This document shows, piece after piece, positions 26,795 through 30,788 of a stretch of DNA of 30,788 nucleotides. Positions within the stretch are counted from its first letter, which is position 1; each line of letters starts with the position of its first letter. The position numbers and the translations under genes were made by a program. Origin of the DNA: Coleofasciculus chthonoplastes F2-STO-03 (lineage in GTDB: Bacteria > Cyanobacteriota > Cyanobacteriia > Cyanobacteriales > Coleofasciculaceae); the NCBI GenBank assembly GCA_040222015.1, contig JAVJWO010000158.1, positions 1 through 30,788 of the forward strand, in the 5' to 3' direction. The notes beneath the pieces are model-generated. The model was not told the DNA's origin. It did not search any database and worked only from the letters and a program-made list of their open reading frames with translations.

Positions 26795-29700
26795 GTATTC
26801 AGCAAATAGGATCATCTGCTCGAATAACTCTTCCGCAATCCGTTTTGCTACACCATTTTTTGCCGCCCCATCGATAAAAATTCCTCGATGTTTCTCCATT
26901 TCTGCCACTTTCTTTTTACCCATACAGTTATGAGCAATAAAGTCATTGGCAATAAAGTTATGAGTTTGGCAAATGCTTAAGTCAAAAACCTCCTCTTGAC
27001 CAACATATTCAATCGAGACAATTTCATCCCAGAATACATCAGACTCGGCAATTGCCATCAGTGCTTTATCCGGCAAAGCCGTGGCAAAATTCTGGACTCG
27101 ATGACGTGCTAAACTCCGAGTGGGAACTTTCTGGAAATTTAAACCAGAAGACATGGTTCCCTGTCGGACACCAGCAGCGTGATCAATCTGTTTCCACGTC
27201 ATACCCTTTGCTTTTTTCGCTTGGGCAATTAAGGAAATCACGTCTGGAGGAATTGAATGTTTTGACTGATTCTGCGACTTATTCTTTATCACCGCATAAC
27301 ACGTTTGAGCTTGTTGCCATTTATAGCGACTCAAAAAGGGTTGAATCAGTTCACAGAATTTAAGCATATCCTCACGCCCTGTAATTTGCGCTTTGTAGGA
27401 AATGTGAGGCTTGCCATTGTACTGAATTGTTTTAACGTTAAACAGGGCAACAATACCCAGTCGCAGGAGTAAATGCTGAATTTGTCTGATGAGGATTTCA
27501 GAGGTTGATGTATAGTCTGTATGTCCAATTTTACTATCAAAGCTGCCATCTGTTGACCATAATGTTCCTAAAAACAGTTGCAATTGACGGCGAGATAGTG
27601 TGAACACCCACTTGGGAATTTTTTTATCTCTTGAATGAGCGCGTTTAATATAATGATCAACCCAATTGTTAAAGGCAGAAAGAAAACCAATCCGGACATA
27701 GGTGACGGATTGACGATTCGGATGGAACTGATGATCGACTGGTGCAGTCGTCCCAAAAAGTTGTTCTGCACAATGATTAAAATCAGCAATCAGTTCAGGG
27801 TCACTATTACAGAAATAGCTACAGGAAGGACTCTTTGTCGAAAGATGACCATCACCTATTAAATAAGCAGTTAGCTTAATTTGAGCATCTGATATATCAC
27901 TCTCTGCCGCCAGTGGCAATATCTTAGCTAGTCCAATCCGACTACCAACCTTAAACTGATCCAGAGGCTGCCATCCTAACAGTGAATAGAAACGATGATC
28001 CGCTGTCGCTTTAATTTTACGATTGGTTTTCGTGATGATTTCCCAAACATCTCGCACGCCGTTCGGATGAATTTCACTAATCGGTTGCTGAGTAATCTTT
28101 TGCGTTACCTGATCCAGAGACAACACCTCTCGTCCCAACCAATACTCAGGTTTGGATGCAATGTCTTTGAGAGACACTAAACGCCCCGTTTCTGCATCAA
28201 TAATCTCCGTTGAACCACTCAGACATCGGCGTAGTAAATCCGCTTGACCTAGGGAATACCCCGCCAAATCCTGAGCCATTTTCATGATTTGCTCTTGATA
28301 ACAAAGCGTACCATACGTTTCTTTTAAAATTGGCTCTAATAGCGGATGTTGATATTCAACCTTTTCTTTCCCATGTTTCCGATTAATAAACTTAGGAATT
28401 AGACCTGCATCCAAAGGTCCCGGACGATACAATGCCAAAATCGAAGAAATATCTTCAATACTCGACGGTTTCAACTCCCGCACCACCTGACGCATCCCAG
28501 AGGATTCTAATTGAAAAATTCCCTCTAACTCGCCTTTCTCTAACACTTTATAGGTCTGTTTTATGTCATCGGGGATTTTCTTAATTTCCCCCTTTGCCAC
28601 AATCTGAAATGCTTTCCGTTCATCCAGGGGTAACTGATCCAGATCTAAAGTTATATTTTGATGTTGGCGAATCAATTCCGCTGTTTTCTGAATCGTGGTT
28701 AAATTTTTCAGACCTAGAAAATCCATTTTCAAGAGTCCGAGGGATTCTAAGTCCTCCATAAAATACTGAGTAATCACCGCCCCCTCATTATTCACCTGCA
28801 AGGGAACAATTTCATCTAAGGGTTCGGACGAAATCACCACCCCCGCCGCGTGAACGCCAAAGGTTTTATTGGTTCCCTCAATCCGGATTGCCATATCCAG
28901 CCAGCGCTGCACTTCGGGGTTATTTAAGTAAGCATCTCTAAACTCTGGGGTGGGCGTTTTCTCAGAAATCATTACCTTTAACTTAGTGGGTTTTCCCCGT
29001 GAAACCGGAATCATTTTTGCCATCCGATCTGATTCCCCATAGGGAATATTCAACACCCTGGCGACATCTTTTAATACCGCCTTTGATGTCATCCGGTTAA
29101 ATGTAATAATTTGTGCCACCCGATCTGCCCCATATTTGTGGGTGACATATTCAATTACCTCATCCCGACGTTCAATACAGAAATCCGTATCAATATCAGG
29201 CATAGATTTCCGTTCCGGATTGAGAAAGCGCTCAAATAAAAGCCCATGATGCACCGGATCAATATTAGTAATTTTCAGGGAATAGGCAACTAAGGAACCC
29301 GCCGCCGAACCCCGTCCTGGACCGACAGGAATCTTCTGATCTCTGGCATATTTAATATAATCCCATACGACTAAAAAGTAGGTGGAAAATCCCATCTGCT
29401 GCATCATTTTCAGCTCATATTCCAGCCGTTCTTTATAGACGAGATCGATGTCACTGCGAGAACGACATCCCATGCGATCCAATAATCCCTCCCAAGTAAC
29501 TTCTTCTAAGTAACTATCGGCGCTGTGACCCTTGGGAACGGGATAATTGGGGATGCGTGGTTCCCCCATAATGTTGTAACGTTTTACCTTATCCGCTACC
29601 TCTAACGTATTCGCGATCGCCTCCTGGATCACCTCATCGGGTAAATGATCCCGAAATAGCTGTGCCATCTCTTCGGCGGACTTGAGATACTCGGTTCCGG

Positions 29701-30421
29701 AGTAGCGCATCCGCTTCTCTTCTGAAATTAATTTCCCGATTTGAATACAGAGTAAGGCGTCATGGGCTTCGACATCGTAGCAGGAGATAAAATGGGAGTC
29801 ATTTGTGGCAACCAGTTTAATCTCTAACTCACGAGCAATTTTAACAATTTCTACGTTAACAATTCGGTCTTCAATTGACCCATGATCTTGAATTTCTAGA
29901 TAATAATCGTCACCAAAAATCTCTTTATACCATTTGGCAAGCTCTCGTGCCTTTTGCACGTCACCTTTGAGAATGGCTTGGGGTACTTCTCCGCCTAAAC
30001 AAGCACTGGTGACGATTAATCCCTCACTGTATTGTTTGAGTAATTCTTTATTAATACAAGGACGCTGAAAAATTCCTTTTCCTTGGATTCCTTTCAGATG
30101 AGAAATTGTCGTCAGTTTAACTAGGTTCTTATAGCCTTGGGTATTTTTTGCCAAGACAACTTGATGGTATTTGCGCTGTTTCTTCTTCGTCTTATCTTGA
30201 ATATCCCCATTAACTACATACATTTCATTGCCGATAATCGGCTTAATCCCTTTCCCCCGACAGACTTTAATCAACTCGATCGCGCCATACATTACCCCAT
30301 GATCCGTCAGTGCGATCGCACTCATCCCTAATTCCACCGCCCGATCCACCAGTTGCGGTAGCTGGGACGCGCCATCAAGTAAGCTGTAGTCACTGTGAAT
30401 ATGTAGACCAACGAAGGACAT
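26480..30421 (-). CDS. dnaE: DNA polymerase III alpha subunit, N-terminal half (dnaE-N), with a cis-intein and the N-half of the split intein
   Basis: PHP domain [61 protein letters not shown]; ends in AEY|CLSYDT. Confidence 0.98.
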   Translation of the reverse strand: MSFVGLHIHSDYSLLDGASQLPQLVDRAVELGMSAIALTDHGVMYGAIELIKVCRGKGIKPIIGNEMYVVNGDIQDKTKKKQRKYHQVVLAKNTQGYKNLVKLTTISHLKGIQGKGIFQRPCINKELLKQYSEGLIVTSACLGGEVPQAILKGDVQKARELAKWYKEIFGDDYYLEIQDHGSIEDRIVNVEIVKIARELEIKLVATNDSHFISCYDVEAHDALLCIQIGKLISEEKRMRYSGTEYLKSAEEMAQLFRDHLPDEVIQEAIANTLEVADKVKRYNIMGEPRIPNYPVPKGHSADSYLEEVTWEGLLDRMGCRSRSDIDLVYKERLEYELKMMQQMGFSTYFLVVWDYIKYARDQKIPVGPGRGSAAGSLVAYSLKITNIDPVHHGLLFERFLNPERKSMPDIDTDFCIERRDEVIEYVTHKYGADRVAQIITFNRMTSKAVLKDVARVLNIPYGESDRMAKMIPVSRGKPTKLKVMISEKTPTPEFRDAYLNNPEVQRWLDMAIRIEGTNKTFGVHAAGVVISSEPLDEIVPLQVNNEGAVITQYFMEDLESLGLLKMDFLGLKNLTTIQKTAELIRQHQNITLDLDQLPLDERKAFQIVAKGEIKKIPDDIKQTYKVLEKGELEGIFQLESSGMRQVVRELKPSSIEDISSILALYRPGPLDAGLIPKFINRKHGKEKVEYQHPLLEPILKETYGTLCYQEQIMKMAQDLAGYSLGQADLLRRCLSGSTEIIDAETGRLVSLKDIASKPEYWLGREVLSLDQVTQKITQQPISEIHPNGVRDVWEIITKTNRKIKATADHRFYSLLGWQPLDQFKVGSRIGLAKILPLAAESDISDAQIKLTAYLIGDGHLSTKSPSCSYFCNSDPELIADFNHCAEQLFGTTAPVDHQFHPNRQSVTYVRIGFLSAFNNWVDHYIKRAHSRDKKIPKWVFTLSRRQLQLFLGTLWSTDGSFDSKIGHTDYTSTSEILIRQIQHLLLRLGIVALFNVKTIQYNGKPHISYKAQITGREDMLKFCELIQPFLSRYKWQQAQTCYAVIKNKSQNQSKHSIPPDVISLIAQAKKAKGMTWKQIDHAAGVRQGTMSSGLNFQKVPTRSLARHRVQNFATALPDKALMAIAESDVFWDEIVSIEYVGQEEVFDLSICQTHNFIANDFIAHNCMGKKKVAEMEKHRGIFIDGAAKNGVAKRIAEELFEQMILFAEYCLSYDTQILTVEYGAVAIGEIVEKQIECTVYSVDEHGYVYTQPIAQWHNRGEQEVFEYVLEDGATIRATKDHKFMTDEDQMLPIDQIFEQGLELKQVEVLQPVF
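26927..28225 (-). mobile_element. Cis-splicing intein (433 aa) with LAGLIDADG homing endonuclease
   Basis: [14 protein letters not shown]...IKATADHRF...[10 protein letters not shown]...[11 protein letters not shown]...[27 protein letters not shown]. Confidence 0.95.
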
Positions 30422-30581
30422 AGAACAAATAGAGATAAGGATTCCGTTAAGGGGTGCGATCGCTCACCTTCATGGTAAGCTGACGGGTCTAATGATAGTC
30501 CCGATTCATCCAGATTGACTCTGGCTACCCCACATATAAGGATACATCATCCAGTTAAACCCTATATGTAGTCACACCACC

Positions 30582-30606
30582 AGTAGGGGCTTGGTTACTG
30601 AGCCCT
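30582..30606 (+). repeat. GTAG-type REP-like hairpin
   Basis: GTAGGGGCTTGGTTACTGAGCCCT, with GGGCT(T/C)...GAGCCC arms. Confidence 0.45.
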
Positions 30607-30616
30607 CAGTATCTGT

Positions 30617-30787
30617 TTACGCGATCGCACTCGATAGATCTTGCCAGCGCTGATGCCACAATTGCTGCATCTTTTGGATAATCTCAGGTAAATCCTGAAA
30701 CTCCTGACTTTGTTGATTGATTTCCCCGGCTAATCCCTGAAGTCGGTTAAACTCTCGGCAACAGTAGAGTACCCGTTTCCAAGCCCC
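30617..30787 (-). CDS. 3' end of an unidentified gene entering from the right edge
   Basis: Open frame GAWKRVLYCCREFNRLQGLAGEINQQSQEFQDLPEIIQKMQQLWHQRWQDLSSAIA*, co-directional with dnaE-N. Confidence 0.6.
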   Translation of the reverse strand, partial: GAWKRVLYCCREFNRLQGLAGEINQQSQEFQDLPEIIQKMQQLWHQRWQDLSSAIA

Positions 30788-30788
30788 A

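Noticed and set aside
1..30788. tRNA, rRNA or prophage structural genes
   Set aside because: None recognised by eye; the tape-measure-like region belongs to the DUF4157 toxin.

Overview
Chromosomal window from a filamentous cyanobacterium. HIP1 octamers (GCGATCGC) are dense, and the DnaE split-intein N-half closely resembles, from memory, that of Coleofasciculus (Microcoleus) chthonoplastes. Two core genes, lysS and dnaE-N, sit among three accessory blocks. dnaE-N carries a 433-aa cis-splicing LAGLIDADG intein and ends in the N-half of the split intein. Block 1 (1-9.7 kb): an IS200/IS605-type right end cutting a carotenoid-isomerase-like gene, a YbjN-domain gene, a 5'-truncated giant DUF4157 polymorphic toxin with an HNH-like tip and a HEAT-repeat partner, and a deleted duplicate fragment of the carotenoid gene. 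Block 2 (11.4-16.2 kb): HIP1-bounded cassettes (Uma2, DUF433/DUF5615 toxin-antitoxin pair, nonsense-interrupted pentapeptide gene, hicA relic, small-protein+HNH pair, nested MITEs). Block 3 (16.3-26.1 kb, minus strand): Trypco2, CHAT protease-EAD, EAD-VMAP, MoxR AAA+, vWA(SAV_2336-like)-FGE and two further FGE/CLec genes, i.e. a VMAP-type ternary conflict system. The three FGE domains differ from one another in the adenine-specific pattern of diversity-generating retroelement (DGR) variable regions, yet the window has no reverse transcriptase or template repeat, so they look like remote DGR targets. All family assignments come from motif recognition by eye; no database searches were run.
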